A program made the translations under genes and the position numbers. From assembly GCA_004212155.1 (NCBI GenBank), contig RXIG01000024.1, positions 1-64,000 on the forward strand: 64,000 nucleotides of DNA, given 5' to 3'. Below the pieces are notes generated by a model that saw only the letters and a program-made list of their open reading frames with translations, made no database searches and was not told the origin of the DNA. Below are positions 18,644 to 28,560 of this stretch, one piece after another. How positions within the stretch are numbered: the first letter of the stretch is position 1; the number at the start of each line of letters is the position of its first letter. This DNA comes from an archaeon (lineage in GTDB: Archaea; Methanobacteriota_B; Thermococci; Methanofastidiosales; NM3).

Positions 18644-19837
18644 TTATCTCTTTTCATTCGACCCGAACGTTACCTCATCATCGGCAAAGGAACGCAGGTG
18701 GCCACGCTTGTGCGCCATCACGACGGCGTTGGAGAAGTAGGGAAATTCAAACTCCGTCATCTCTCCCACACGTTTTTCCGTAAGCGGGAAGAGCCGCGTC
18801 GTGAGCGGTTTGTGCAGGCGCGCTGAAAGCCCTGCGACATCGAGCATCAGGGCATTGAGGTCGTCCTCGCTCGTCGCGCCGGGAAGGGGGATGCAGTCAA
18901 GGCCCGTGCCGCACACGGCACTGTAGAGCATGAGCGACTCGATGGAAAGCGATCCATCGCCAACGCGCCTTGCGATGCCCGCATCCTCGAGCACGGGATA
19001 CATCAGGCCCGAAAACCCAATATTTCCGCCAAGCGATTTTATCGCGTCTGCCAAAAACGCAGACAGGAATAACGTCCCGTGGGCGCCAAATCGCCTGATG
19101 CCAAGCGACTCGAGGGCGCATGCGATGCTATCGGTCTCGGCAGGCGCCGGCGCGAGGGTAAAGTCCGCTCCGTAGAACGCGATGCCAAACTCCTCTTCCA
19201 GCGCAAGCGACGTCGAGAGCAACGAGCAATACCGGTCGCGAACGACGGCAAGCAGCGCCTCGCGCGCCGCGTCCAGCGAATCGCACGACGTGAACGCGTC
19301 GATTGCAAGGTCTGCCGCCTCGAGCGCGAGCGAGAAGTTGGGCACATCCCCTGAGGCGTACGATGTTGGGAAGAAGGGATTGTCGGGCTGGCAGTTGTAG
19401 AGGCCTGCAAAACGCAGATTGGCAAAGCCGTCCTCAAGCGACGAGAGCGCCCGCACCGTCCGGGCGCATAGGCGTGTGGCACGGAGATTGATCGTGCCCC
19501 CCCATGCAAGCTGGCAGTTCGAGAAGACGTGCGAGGTCTCGGAGAGGATATCGGGCACCCATTCGAGAAACGCAAGGTCGTCAGCTGAGGGATACCGCCC
19601 AAGGCCGAACCCCCCGACGTAGTCGATGGTCGACGAGGATGCCCAGTCGTCGTACCGGCGTGCGGCATCGATGGCCGACGACGCGTCATCGAATCGGCCG
19701 TTTTGCGGCACTGTGGAGACCCGAACGGTCTGTACCTCAATGCCGTACTCCTTTCTTGCCGTATCCAAAAACGATTCAAGCGCATCCCAGTCGTGGCGCT
19801 CGAGGTCTGTATGAACGGTGACCGATCTGATCTTCAT
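18644..19837 (-). CDS. DUF711 family (PFL-like fold) protein
   Basis: MKIRSVT start, PFFP, GFSGLMYPVLED, YSAVCGTGLDCIPLPG, KPLTTRL. Confidence 0.85.
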   Translation of the reverse strand: MKIRSVTVHTDLERHDWDALESFLDTARKEYGIEVQTVRVSTVPQNGRFDDASSAIDAARRYDDWASSSTIDYVGGFGLGRYPSADDLAFLEWVPDILSETSHVFSNCQLAWGGTINLRATRLCARTVRALSSLEDGFANLRFAGLYNCQPDNPFFPTSYASGDVPNFSLALEAADLAIDAFTSCDSLDAAREALLAVVRDRYCSLLSTSLALEEEFGIAFYGADFTLAPAPAETDSIACALESLGIRRFGAHGTLFLSAFLADAIKSLGGNIGFSGLMYPVLEDAGIARRVGDGSLSIESLMLYSAVCGTGLDCIPLPGATSEDDLNALMLDVAGLSARLHKPLTTRLFPLTEKRVGEMTEFEFPYFSNAVVMAHKRGHLRSFADDEVTFGSNEKR

Positions 19838-19893
19838 GGTATCTCCTGAATGGTCCGCAAAGGTATTTAAATGCTCTCTCACCTGTGGTCGCA

Positions 19894-21048
19894 ATGGGTG
19901 TGAAGCGCGTCGAAGTGGACGGCAACGAGGTCGTGCTCGTTGGTACTGCGCACGTGTCCAAGCGCAGCAGGGAGCTTGTCAGGGAGACCCTCGAGGAAGA
20001 GTCGCCCGACATCGTTGGCGTCGAGCTCGACAAGGGGAGGCGCGAAACGCTTATCAACGAACCGCAGTGGCAAGAGACCAACGTCTATGACATCATACGT
20101 TCAGGCAGGGCCCCGATGTTTCTTGCAAGCCTCCTTCTCACAAACTTTCAAAAGCGCATGGGGGAGGAGCTGGGCACGAAGCCGGGCGCCGAGATGCTCG
20201 AGGCGATCGAGTATGCGGGCGATGCGCCCGTGGAGCTGCTCGACAGGGACATCAACACCACCTTCAAGCGCGCCTGGCAGCGCATGTCGCTCAGGGAGAA
20301 GCTCAAGATCCTTTATTCAGTGCTCTTCTCGTTCCTTGAAGAAGGGGAGGCCATCGACGAGGGGGCGCTCGAGAAGCTGCAGGAGGAGGACGCGCTCAAT
20401 GCGATGCTCGAGGAGCTCGCACAGGAGATACCAAGCGTGAAGGAGGTGCTCATCGACGAGCGTGACGCCTACATCGCTGCCAAGATACAAGGCGCGCTTT
20501 CAGGGAAAACGGGCGCCACGATGGTCGCAGTGGTGGGCGCCGGACACATCAACGGCATCGTCTCCCACCTCCCCGCACCCGTCGATGCGGCGCCGCTCGA
20601 ACGGGTCGAACGTTCGAGGAGCTGGTTCAAGATCGTCGCGTGGGGCGTGCCGGTCCTGCTCGCAGCGTTGCTTGTCATCGGATTCTACACCAATGGGGCC
20701 GACGTGACGGTCAAGATGCTCAAGGCCTGGTTTCTCATCAACGGCACGCTCTCCACCGTCGGCGTCATCTGCGCTCTCGGACACCCGCTCTCAGCGCTCG
20801 TCGCATTCCTCGCCGCGCCGTTCACCTCACTCAATCCGACGCTTGCCGCCGGATGGTTTGCCGGGCTTACCGAGGCGCATGTGCGAAAACCGAAGGTGCG
20901 CGACTTCGAGTCTCTGGGCACGATCGCGGGGGTTACCGACCTGTGGAGGAACAAGATCACGCGCACGCTGCTTGTCGTGGCGTTTGCCAACATCGGCTCC
21001 ACCATCGGCACGGCGGTCGCGCTGCCCTGGATCATATCGCTCCTGTGA
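19894..21048 (+). CDS. TraB/GumN (PrgY) family protein
   Basis: LVGTAHVS, VELD, PGAEM, DRDI, LIDERD, VVGAGH; C-terminal TM region APFTSLNP. Confidence 0.92.
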   Translation: MGVKRVEVDGNEVVLVGTAHVSKRSRELVRETLEEESPDIVGVELDKGRRETLINEPQWQETNVYDIIRSGRAPMFLASLLLTNFQKRMGEELGTKPGAEMLEAIEYAGDAPVELLDRDINTTFKRAWQRMSLREKLKILYSVLFSFLEEGEAIDEGALEKLQEEDALNAMLEELAQEIPSVKEVLIDERDAYIAAKIQGALSGKTGATMVAVVGAGHINGIVSHLPAPVDAAPLERVERSRSWFKIVAWGVPVLLAALLVIGFYTNGADVTVKMLKAWFLINGTLSTVGVICALGHPLSALVAFLAAPFTSLNPTLAAGWFAGLTEAHVRKPKVRDFESLGTIAGVTDLWRNKITRTLLVVAFANIGSTIGTAVALPWIISLL

Positions 21049-21315
21049 TCACCCGCCTGCCACGGGAGGAAAGAGCGCTACCTCGTCGTCGGGACCGATG
21101 GGCGTGCCCCGACCCGAAAGGAACGTGATGTCGCGTCCGTTCACGAATATCCTCACATACGGGCGAAGCTCCCCTTCTTCCAGGATCGCCTCGTACACGT
21201 CGCGATGCGTGTAGAAGAGGCGGTCGATGAGGGCGCCGATGCTTTCCGCATCGATGCGCGCCTCCTTTTCCCTCGCACGCCCCCTCAGATCGGCGTAGAA
21301 TCGCACCAGCGCCAT
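21049..21315 (-). CDS. Ubiquitin-like sulfur carrier (SAMP/MoaD family)
   Basis: VRFYADLR, IFVNGRDI, C-terminal FPPVAGG. Confidence 0.92.
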   Translation of the reverse strand: MALVRFYADLRGRAREKEARIDAESIGALIDRLFYTHRDVYEAILEEGELRPYVRIFVNGRDITFLSGRGTPIGPDDEVALFPPVAGG

Positions 21316-21324
21316 ATGCCCCAC

Positions 21325-22569
21325 CTAAAAGGATGTTGCGCACTGCGGCCCTTCGTTCACACGAAAGATGGCATCGAGCACGCCAGTGTACGACGGGTCC
21401 GACATACCAACGAGCCCATAGGCGCGAAGCTTCGAAAACGTCACCGTGCCCATGAGAAGCGAGGAGAGCTCGGCGATGCCGAGGCGCACCGTGACATCGA
21501 CGTCGCACTTGCAGTGGCTCGCGCGTCCATTCCGAAACGTCACGGCCACAGGCGATGTGTTGTCCGGAAGGAACGAGTCGTCGGGCTCGATCTTGACGCT
21601 GCAGTCACCGGGGCCGAACCGGGCGCTGCCAAGCACGTCGAACATGAGCTGGGCATCGACCACGCGATACATGAGGCCGACGCCGCTGCGCCGGGTGGGG
21701 TGCGATATGGGGTGCAGCAGGTCGTCGGTCCCATCCCGGGGGTCGTCGACCACGAAATGAAGGAAGTCATCATGCGTGTTGAAGTGGATGCGGCGCACCT
21801 GGTCCGACTGCCGATTGAGGAATGAAAGCAGTGCCCTTAACGCATCCTTGTTAAGATAAGCGAATTCCAATACTTCGATGTCGTTGACAAGCGACGTATG
21901 CCCGCGGGCAAATCGGAAGTGGGCGTATCCGTCCATGACCTCGCCGTCCCAGTGACAGGCTATGAACGTATCATCGGACGTGAGCATCTGGCGCACCTCG
22001 TGGTCGCTCTTGTCGACCATGCCGTGGTGCTCACGCACGTAGCGGCGGGAGCATTCAACGAGGGCGTTTTTGTCCTCGGGCCGAAGGTAGCGCACGCCGC
22101 CTAGCTGCTTGTTTGCAGGAAGCGCCGCCGGGGACAACGAATAACGGTTGAGCAGGGGGCCGTACCCAAATCCCATGCGCTTATAGAAGTCGGGCCTGAA
22201 CGGGTAGAGCATTGCAAGCGGTCGCACCGTCGTTCGGCAGTATGCGAGGAAGTGCTCGATGAGCTCCTTGCAGACATGCTCGCGCTTGTGGATGAGATCG
22301 ACGGCAACGAGTCCCACCCCTCCCGCATTGATCATCGTCGAGCGGACGTTGGTGCAAAAGTTATGGACCCTCATGCCGCCGAGCAGTTCGTCGTCGCGGT
22401 AGAGCCCATAAAACGTCACCGACGGTTCCTCGTGCTGCATGGTGCGAAGGCGCTCTATTGTCTCCTCGCGATACGACTGCTTGGAATACGTGAATCCCGG
22501 ATAGGCGCGGGACACGATGTCGGCAAAGCGGGGAATGTCCTCATCGGGTAGGGGCATCACGTCGCTCAC
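21325..22569 (-). CDS. Eis-like GNAT acetyltransferase with SCP2 C-terminal domain
   Basis: GGVGLVAVD, LYPFRPDFYKRMGFG, MYRVVD, LSSLLMG; GTG start overlaps the upstream stop. Confidence 0.85.
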   Translation of the reverse strand: MSDVMPLPDEDIPRFADIVSRAYPGFTYSKQSYREETIERLRTMQHEEPSVTFYGLYRDDELLGGMRVHNFCTNVRSTMINAGGVGLVAVDLIHKREHVCKELIEHFLAYCRTTVRPLAMLYPFRPDFYKRMGFGYGPLLNRYSLSPAALPANKQLGGVRYLRPEDKNALVECSRRYVREHHGMVDKSDHEVRQMLTSDDTFIACHWDGEVMDGYAHFRFARGHTSLVNDIEVLEFAYLNKDALRALLSFLNRQSDQVRRIHFNTHDDFLHFVVDDPRDGTDDLLHPISHPTRRSGVGLMYRVVDAQLMFDVLGSARFGPGDCSVKIEPDDSFLPDNTSPVAVTFRNGRASHCKCDVDVTVRLGIAELSSLLMGTVTFSKLRAYGLVGMSDPSYTGVLDAIFRVNEGPQCATSF

Positions 22570-23234
22570 TTCGATCCCCCCATGCGCGACTCGAGCAGCT
22601 CGCGTATGGCGCGAAGCTCGGACAACACGTCCGGCTCGCTGGAGGCGCCAGTCGCAGAAGATGAAAAAGCGCGCGTTTGGCGCACGTATTCCATGAGCAT
22701 GTCGCGCAGTGCCTCGTGGCGCTCGATGCCCGTTATCGAAATCTCGGCAGAGCTTTTTGAAGCGGAGTAGCCTGCCGTCTGGAGCTTGACCGACGCGATA
22801 CCGAGCCGCCTGGAGAGCGGTCCCTGCGATACGTCCACGTTCGTTATCTTCCGGTAGGGGACGATACCTGTCGTCCTGAACCAGACCCCGCGCTGCCAGC
22901 TGACCTCGTCGGACCCGACCGTATACGAGATCGTCTCGTGGTATCGCGGTATCCAGTAGAGCACGAACGCTATGGCGGCCACCACGGGCAGCGTCGTGAG
23001 CACCTTTGCCAGCATGGGAGCGAACACGAGCAGCGGCACGTACCATGGCAGGACGAGCAGGGCAACGCCCATGGTAAAGTACCAGTAGAGCAGCTTCCTG
23101 TACGTGGGCGACGGCGAAAACGGCGTATCTATCCTCACAGGTTGATCGTGATACATATGTTGGTCCACCTCTGTCACATTGTTAACGGTTCCATTCTTGA
23201 AGGCTGCGATGCGCATGGCGGCACATCGCCTCAT
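22566..23234 (-). CDS. Bacterial PH (bPH_2) domain membrane protein
   Basis: Two TM helices then RGVWFR..VPYRKITNVDVSQGPLSRRLG..TAG; start position uncertain. Confidence 0.82.
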   Translation of the reverse strand: MRRCAAMRIAAFKNGTVNNVTEVDQHMYHDQPVRIDTPFSPSPTYRKLLYWYFTMGVALLVLPWYVPLLVFAPMLAKVLTTLPVVAAIAFVLYWIPRYHETISYTVGSDEVSWQRGVWFRTTGIVPYRKITNVDVSQGPLSRRLGIASVKLQTAGYSASKSSAEISITGIERHEALRDMLMEYVRQTRAFSSSATGASSEPDVLSELRAIRELLESRMGGSK

Positions 23235-23290
23235 GCACGTAGTAGTAGTGTTCAGTTAAAGACTTATATTCCTTGTTACACATTAGACAT

Positions 23291-25306
23291 ATGCAGGATG
23301 ATGACGCAGGCCACAATGGGGGTCACACGTCCCATCACAAGATGATGGTCGAAGACTTCAAGCGGAGATTCTTCGTTTCCATGATCGCCACCGCTCCCGT
23401 GCTCGCGCTCTCGCCCCTTGTGCAGGACTTCCTTTCGATAGAGTTCTCGTTTGTGGGCGACAGCTATCTGCTCTTTGCGCTCTCGGCGTTCGTCTACGCC
23501 TACGGGGGTTATCCGTTCACGAAGGGGCTCTACAGGGAGCTCAGCTCGCGTGCTCCCGGCATGATGACGCTCATCGGCCTTGCCATAAGCGTTGCGTTCT
23601 TCTACAGCAGCGCGGTCGTCTTCGGCCTCCCGGGAAAGTTCTTCTTCTGGGAGCTCGTGACCCTGATCGACATCATGCTCCTCGGCCACTGGGTGGAGAT
23701 GCGCTCTGTCATGGGCGCCTCTCGCGCTCTCGAGGAGCTTGCAAGGCTCATGCCCTCCACCGCCCACAGGATATCAGAAGACGGGTCCACCGAAGATGTG
23801 GCGATCTCGTCGCTTGGGGCCGGCGACCGCGTGCTCGTCAAGCCGGGGGAGAAGGTGCCTTCCGACGGGACGATCGTCGACGGGACCACGAGCGTCAACG
23901 AATCGCTCCTCACGGGTGAATCGACGCCTGTGGCCAAGGGCGAGGGGGACAAGGTCATCGGCGCCTCGATCAACGGGGAGGGCTCGATAACGGTAGAGAT
24001 CACCCACACCGGCAAGGACTCGTACATCTCGCAGGTCATCTCGCTTGTCAAGCAGGCGCAGCAGTCCCGCTCAAAGACGCAAAACCTTGCCGACAGGGCC
24101 GCGCTGTGGTTGACTGTCATCTCGATATCCGTTGGCATCACCACGTTTGCGGCATGGTATCTGGCAGGAAGGGATGCGGTCTTTTCCATCGAGAGGATGG
24201 TGACGGTGATGGTGATCACCTGCCCGCACGCCCTCGGGCTCGCGATACCGCTCGTCGTTGCCGTCTCCATATCGCTTTCGGTGAAAAATGGCGTACTCGT
24301 CCGCGACAGGCGAGCGTTTGAGCAGATGCGCCTGCTAGACACCATCGTCTTCGACAAGACGGGCACGCTCACCAAGGGCGAGTTCGGAGTGACCGACGTG
24401 GTGGCCCTCGACGGCGACGAGGGGTCGCTCGTGCGCGACGCCGCATCGCTTGAATCACGCTCTGAGCACCCCATTGGAGTGGGTATCGTAAAGAAGGCGG
24501 AGGAGATGTCGCTCGAGCCAGGGGAGGTAGCGTCGTTTTCCTCGATCACGGGGCGAGGCATCGAGGGCGTGGTGGACGGCACGAACATACGCGTCGTGAG
24601 CCACAACTACGTCAAGGAGCAAGGCGACATGCCAGACGAAAAAAGCCTCGAGGCGCTTCTCGAACAGGGCAAGACGCTCGCGTTCGTCTACAGGGACGAC
24701 ACGCTCGCCGGCGCCCTGGCGCTTGCCGACATCATCAGGCCCGAGTCCCGCGACGCGATAGCGTCGCTCCAGGCCGAAGGCATCCGCTGCATGATGCTGA
24801 CAGGCGACAACGCAAAGGTGGCGGCCTGGGTGGCACGCGAGGTGGGCCTCGACGACTACTTCGCAGAGGTGCTTCCCGAACAGAAGTCCGAGACGATCAA
24901 GCGGATACAGGACGAGGGGCATCGCGTCGGCATGGTGGGCGACGGCGTCAATGATGCGCCCGCCCTCGCTCAGGCGGACGTTGGCATAGCCATCGGCGCA
25001 GGCACCGACGTCGCCATCGAATCGGCCGACGTGATACTGGTGCGAAGCGAGCCGACCGCCGTATTGGGTAGCTACCTCTTGTCGAAGGCGACGTACGCGA
25101 AGATGAAGCAGAATCTCTTCTGGGCGACCGGTTACAACGCAGTGACGATACCGCTTGCGGCAGGCGTGCTCTATCCGTTCGGCATCCTGCTCAGCCCGGC
25201 AGTCGGTGCCGTGCTCATGTCGCTTAGCACCGTGATCGTTGCCATCAACGCACGATTCCTTTCCGTTGACGAGCAGACGGACCGCAACGGAGGTCGTCAT
25301 GGATGA
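23291..25306 (+). CDS. copB: Copper-translocating P1B-type ATPase (CopB type)
   Basis: His-rich N-terminus, TGES, CPH in TM, DKTGT, SEHP, GDGVNDAP, YN, MSLST. Confidence 0.93.
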   Translation: MQDDDAGHNGGHTSHHKMMVEDFKRRFFVSMIATAPVLALSPLVQDFLSIEFSFVGDSYLLFALSAFVYAYGGYPFTKGLYRELSSRAPGMMTLIGLAISVAFFYSSAVVFGLPGKFFFWELVTLIDIMLLGHWVEMRSVMGASRALEELARLMPSTAHRISEDGSTEDVAISSLGAGDRVLVKPGEKVPSDGTIVDGTTSVNESLLTGESTPVAKGEGDKVIGASINGEGSITVEITHTGKDSYISQVISLVKQAQQSRSKTQNLADRAALWLTVISISVGITTFAAWYLAGRDAVFSIERMVTVMVITCPHALGLAIPLVVAVSISLSVKNGVLVRDRRAFEQMRLLDTIVFDKTGTLTKGEFGVTDVVALDGDEGSLVRDAASLESRSEHPIGVGIVKKAEEMSLEPGEVASFSSITGRGIEGVVDGTNIRVVSHNYVKEQGDMPDEKSLEALLEQGKTLAFVYRDDTLAGALALADIIRPESRDAIASLQAEGIRCMMLTGDNAKVAAWVAREVGLDDYFAEVLPEQKSETIKRIQDEGHRVGMVGDGVNDAPALAQADVGIAIGAGTDVAIESADVILVRSEPTAVLGSYLLSKATYAKMKQNLFWATGYNAVTIPLAAGVLYPFGILLSPAVGAVLMSLSTVIVAINARFLSVDEQTDRNGGRHG

Positions 25307-26850
25307 AGTGCGCCCACGAGTACCGGACCGCAGGGAAGAAGTGCCCCTATGAAGCGGAGGAGGGAAGCGAGCTGTGCCGGTGGCACGTGCAGCAATCGGG
25401 CAAGAGGCTCTCAGGCAAGGACCTGACGAAGATCGACCTGGAGGAAGCCTATCTCAAGGGAGCAGACCTCTCCTCATCGAACCTTACCGGGGCGCGCCTT
25501 GTCGGTGCGAACCTCTTCGGTGCCGTGCTTGAAGGGGCGACCCTCGTCGATGCTGACCTCTCCGATGCCGACATATCAAAGTCCCAGATGCGCGGCGTCG
25601 ACCTCGAGAACGCCAAGCTCAAGTACTGCAAGGCAGAGGGTACGATACTTGCCAACAGCAATCTGCAAAACGCCGACCTATCATGGGCGGTGATGCGGGA
25701 GGCAATCCTTACCGGGGCGCGCCTTCCCTATGCGACGCTGCTCGATGCGTCGCTTGTCAACGCGGTGCTGCTCCATGCCATGCTTGAAAACGCAACGATG
25801 CGCGGCGTCGACCTCAAGGGGGCCGACATGCAGGTCGCCGACATGCGCGGCGCGGATTTGAGGGGGGCGACGCTTGACGGCTGCAACATGCGTGGCGCTG
25901 ACCTGAGGGGAACAGACCTCAAATACGCCAGCCTTGAGGGAGCCATACTTGCCAACAGCAATCTCCAGCGCGCCGACTTCGCTCGCGCACAGCTCAAGAA
26001 CGTGCTCGTCCAGAGCACGACCGCACAGCGCGCCAACTTCAGGGAGTGCGATCTCGAGAACGCCGACTTCTCGGATGCCAATCTCGACAAGGCAAATCTT
26101 CGTGGAGCCAATCTCAAGGGTGCCAACTTCGATGACGCGATTCTCACCGACGCAGACCTCTTCAATGCGAAGATAGAGGGCATACAAAATCTCAGGTACG
26201 CGGCCCTCGATGACGTATCCATCACCGAACGCCTCGCCGACGAGAATGTGAGAAAAGGCGAGCACATCGCCGCGCTCAAGCGCTACGACGAGGCGATAGC
26301 GACCTATCTTGACCTCAAGAATCACTTCAATGCGGCCGGGCTCTACGAGAAGTCGAGCGAATACTACATCCATGAATGGACGGTGCGCGGCAAGCTCGAA
26401 CGTACGGCACTCAGGTTGGACGAGGGCCAGCTCAAGGCGAACAAGTTCGTGCCATACCACTTCCCGTTCTCGTTCAAGTACCGATCGAACAGGCTCTTCG
26501 CATCGATACTGCAACTCGAGGGATGGACAAAATGGATCTCAAACAAACTTTTCTATCTTATCTCAAACTACGGGCAAAGCCCCCTGCGCGTCTTGCTCAC
26601 CTCGCTTACGATCATCTTTTCCTACACGTTCATCTACTGGCTGTCGGGTGGCATCACGACAGGTCCGGAGACGTTCGTACCGACATTTGCCGAATCGCTC
26701 TACTTCAGCGTGGTGACGTTCACGACGCTCGGATACGGTGACTTCCACCCCAAGCCATCGATCCAGCTCGTGGCGATAAGCGAGGCGTTTTTAGGTGCGT
26801 TCATCATCGCGTTCTTCGTCGTGGTGGTGAGCAGGCGACTCATCAGGTGA
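25303..26850 (+). CDS. Pentapeptide-repeat protein with C-terminal 2-TM K+ channel domain
   Basis: Long A(D/N)LxG repeat tract; YFSVVTFTTLGYGD selectivity filter; N-terminal Cys3His motif. Confidence 0.9.
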   Translation: MKCAHEYRTAGKKCPYEAEEGSELCRWHVQQSGKRLSGKDLTKIDLEEAYLKGADLSSSNLTGARLVGANLFGAVLEGATLVDADLSDADISKSQMRGVDLENAKLKYCKAEGTILANSNLQNADLSWAVMREAILTGARLPYATLLDASLVNAVLLHAMLENATMRGVDLKGADMQVADMRGADLRGATLDGCNMRGADLRGTDLKYASLEGAILANSNLQRADFARAQLKNVLVQSTTAQRANFRECDLENADFSDANLDKANLRGANLKGANFDDAILTDADLFNAKIEGIQNLRYAALDDVSITERLADENVRKGEHIAALKRYDEAIATYLDLKNHFNAAGLYEKSSEYYIHEWTVRGKLERTALRLDEGQLKANKFVPYHFPFSFKYRSNRLFASILQLEGWTKWISNKLFYLISNYGQSPLRVLLTSLTIIFSYTFIYWLSGGITTGPETFVPTFAESLYFSVVTFTTLGYGDFHPKPSIQLVAISEAFLGAFIIAFFVVVVSRRLIR

Positions 26851-26860
26851 AGGGAACCGG

Positions 26861-27322
26861 TTACGTGAGGCGCGTCCTGCGCGCGCCGGTGTGGCGGATG
26901 ATCTCTTCGGGTGCGATCTTTATGAGGCCGCTATCGCTTCCCCCGCCTGCCCACACGCACGGGAGTTCGAGCACCGCCTCGTCGATCAGAAAGCATGCAT
27001 CGAAGCCGATGGGGGGCACGCCCCCTGCAGGAAATCCGGTGTGGGAAAGCACCTCGCATGCCCGCGCGATGCGGGGAACGGGGGCCTCAAGCGCCTCGCC
27101 GATGCGCCGCGGCAAGACGCGGTCGCACCCGCGAACGATGGCCACGACGATGCCATCATCAGCCATGAAGCAGATCGATTTGACGAACTCCTCGGGCGCT
27201 GCGCCCGTGGCCTTGCAGGCCGCCTGGACGGAATGACACGAATCGTCGTAAGTAAAAAGAGAGCAGTCCACGCCGTTCCTGCGTATGTAGTCCTGTAGTT
27301 TCTTCGTGTATTCATTCTCCAT
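26861..27322 (-). CDS. YbaK/EbsC aminoacyl-tRNA deacylase family protein
   Basis: FVKSICF, TGFPAGGVPPIG, AGGGS. Confidence 0.9.
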   Translation of the reverse strand: MENEYTKKLQDYIRRNGVDCSLFTYDDSCHSVQAACKATGAAPEEFVKSICFMADDGIVVAIVRGCDRVLPRRIGEALEAPVPRIARACEVLSHTGFPAGGVPPIGFDACFLIDEAVLELPCVWAGGGSDSGLIKIAPEEIIRHTGARRTRLT

Positions 27323-27460
27323 AGGGTGCAGGCATCATGAATGTATAAAAAACATGCGCTGCTTGCCACGACGAACAATTTAAAAAATAGAAAAGTTTAT
27401 AAATCACAGTACTCATGAGGAAAAGGAGCGAACCGGCGCGACCTGTCCGTTCTTTTTGAT

Positions 27461-27536
27461 GCGGCCGTAGTGTAGTGGCCCAGCACATAAGCCTGCCACG
27501 CTTGTAACCCGGGTTCAAATCCCGGCGGCCGCACCA
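27461..27536 (+). tRNA. tRNA-Gly(GCC), CCA encoded
   Basis: GCGGCCG acceptor stem, CT-GCC-AC anticodon loop, CCGGGTTCAAATCCCGG T-arm, ends ACCA; TTTATAAA box upstream. Confidence 0.96.
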
Positions 27537-27741
27537 CAACCTTTCTTACATGATTTCAACTCATTTTAGGGAAAAAACCTATAATTATTGTCTATTTCAA
27601 AGATACGCATCCAATTTTTGTTAACTTCAGCATGAATTGAACTATCTCAAAACGTTTAAAAAAATTGCAGTGCATCTCTTCTCGTAGGGAAATCAACCCA
27701 AATCAGTATCATGAAAGTGGAATTCAAAGGAGTTGAGTGAG

Positions 27742-28257
27742 ATGAAAAAGATTGTAACCCTTCTGCTCGTGCTGGGAATGCTTTGTGCGATAGCTTCCCC
27801 GCTCGCAGCGGATGAAAAGACGGGCGATGTCGAGGAATATGACAATCTCGTCAGGCCTTCGACATCAGAGGGCGATGTGTTCATACTGGGCGACCCCGAC
27901 GAAGCGGGTGACCGAGATGATTCGGGGGGTGATGAGCCACCGCTCATCGCGCCGAACCCCAACGGGGATGAGGAGCCGCTCATCGTCCCCAATCCAAATG
28001 CGGTAAGCGATGAGGACTGGGACGGCGATGGCATACCGAACGAACAGGATGCCTGTCCGACCGTCTGGGCGGACACCGAGGATGGATGCCCCGTCGACAA
28101 CCCCCTTGCAGAGAACGACACTACCATCGGCATTGACGAGGAAGACGATGAGAAGGAAGAGGATGGCCCAAAACGACCCGGCATCCTCGCATTAGGCGCG
28201 ATCATGGTGTGCGCCGCAGTGCTTGCCCTCGGTATTGCCAAGAGGAAGTGGAACTAA
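27742..28257 (+). CDS. Acidic cell-surface protein with Ca-binding DxDGDG motif and C-terminal anchor
   Basis: Signal peptide, two GDE(P/E)PLI(A/V)PNP repeats, DWDGDGIPNEQDACP...DGCP, TM helix plus KRK tail. Confidence 0.75.
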   Translation: MKKIVTLLLVLGMLCAIASPLAADEKTGDVEEYDNLVRPSTSEGDVFILGDPDEAGDRDDSGGDEPPLIAPNPNGDEEPLIVPNPNAVSDEDWDGDGIPNEQDACPTVWADTEDGCPVDNPLAENDTTIGIDEEDDEKEEDGPKRPGILALGAIMVCAAVLALGIAKRKWN

Positions 28258-28560
28258 CGTTCCTCATTTCTTTTTTTTTCTCAACTTTTAATTGCCCTTG
28301 AACTGTTCCCCCGTCGCCTTTGTCACGATCATCGGGAGGAGAAATGACAGCATGATGACGGCAAATGCAACGTATTGAAGGGGATAGTTCACGAACTCGG
28401 AGCCAAAGAGCAAGATCACACCGAGTATGAGCAGTCCGTAGGAATACTTGTTCATCGTTGTGCTCTTCGAGTTCCCCCTTTAAATAATTGACTTTCATGA
28501 AGGGTGGGCAGCGGCGGAAGCGACCAATCGTTTTTTAGTGCGGCACGCATACGTATATGT

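Noticed and set aside
25400-26220. CRISPR-like or tandem DNA repeats
   Set aside because: The periodicity is explained by pentapeptide-coding repeats; there is no repeat-spacer structure and no cas gene
27461-28500. Integrative element at tRNA-Gly or tRNA-Cys
   Set aside because: No integrase or transposase and no duplicated tRNA 3' end seen in the window
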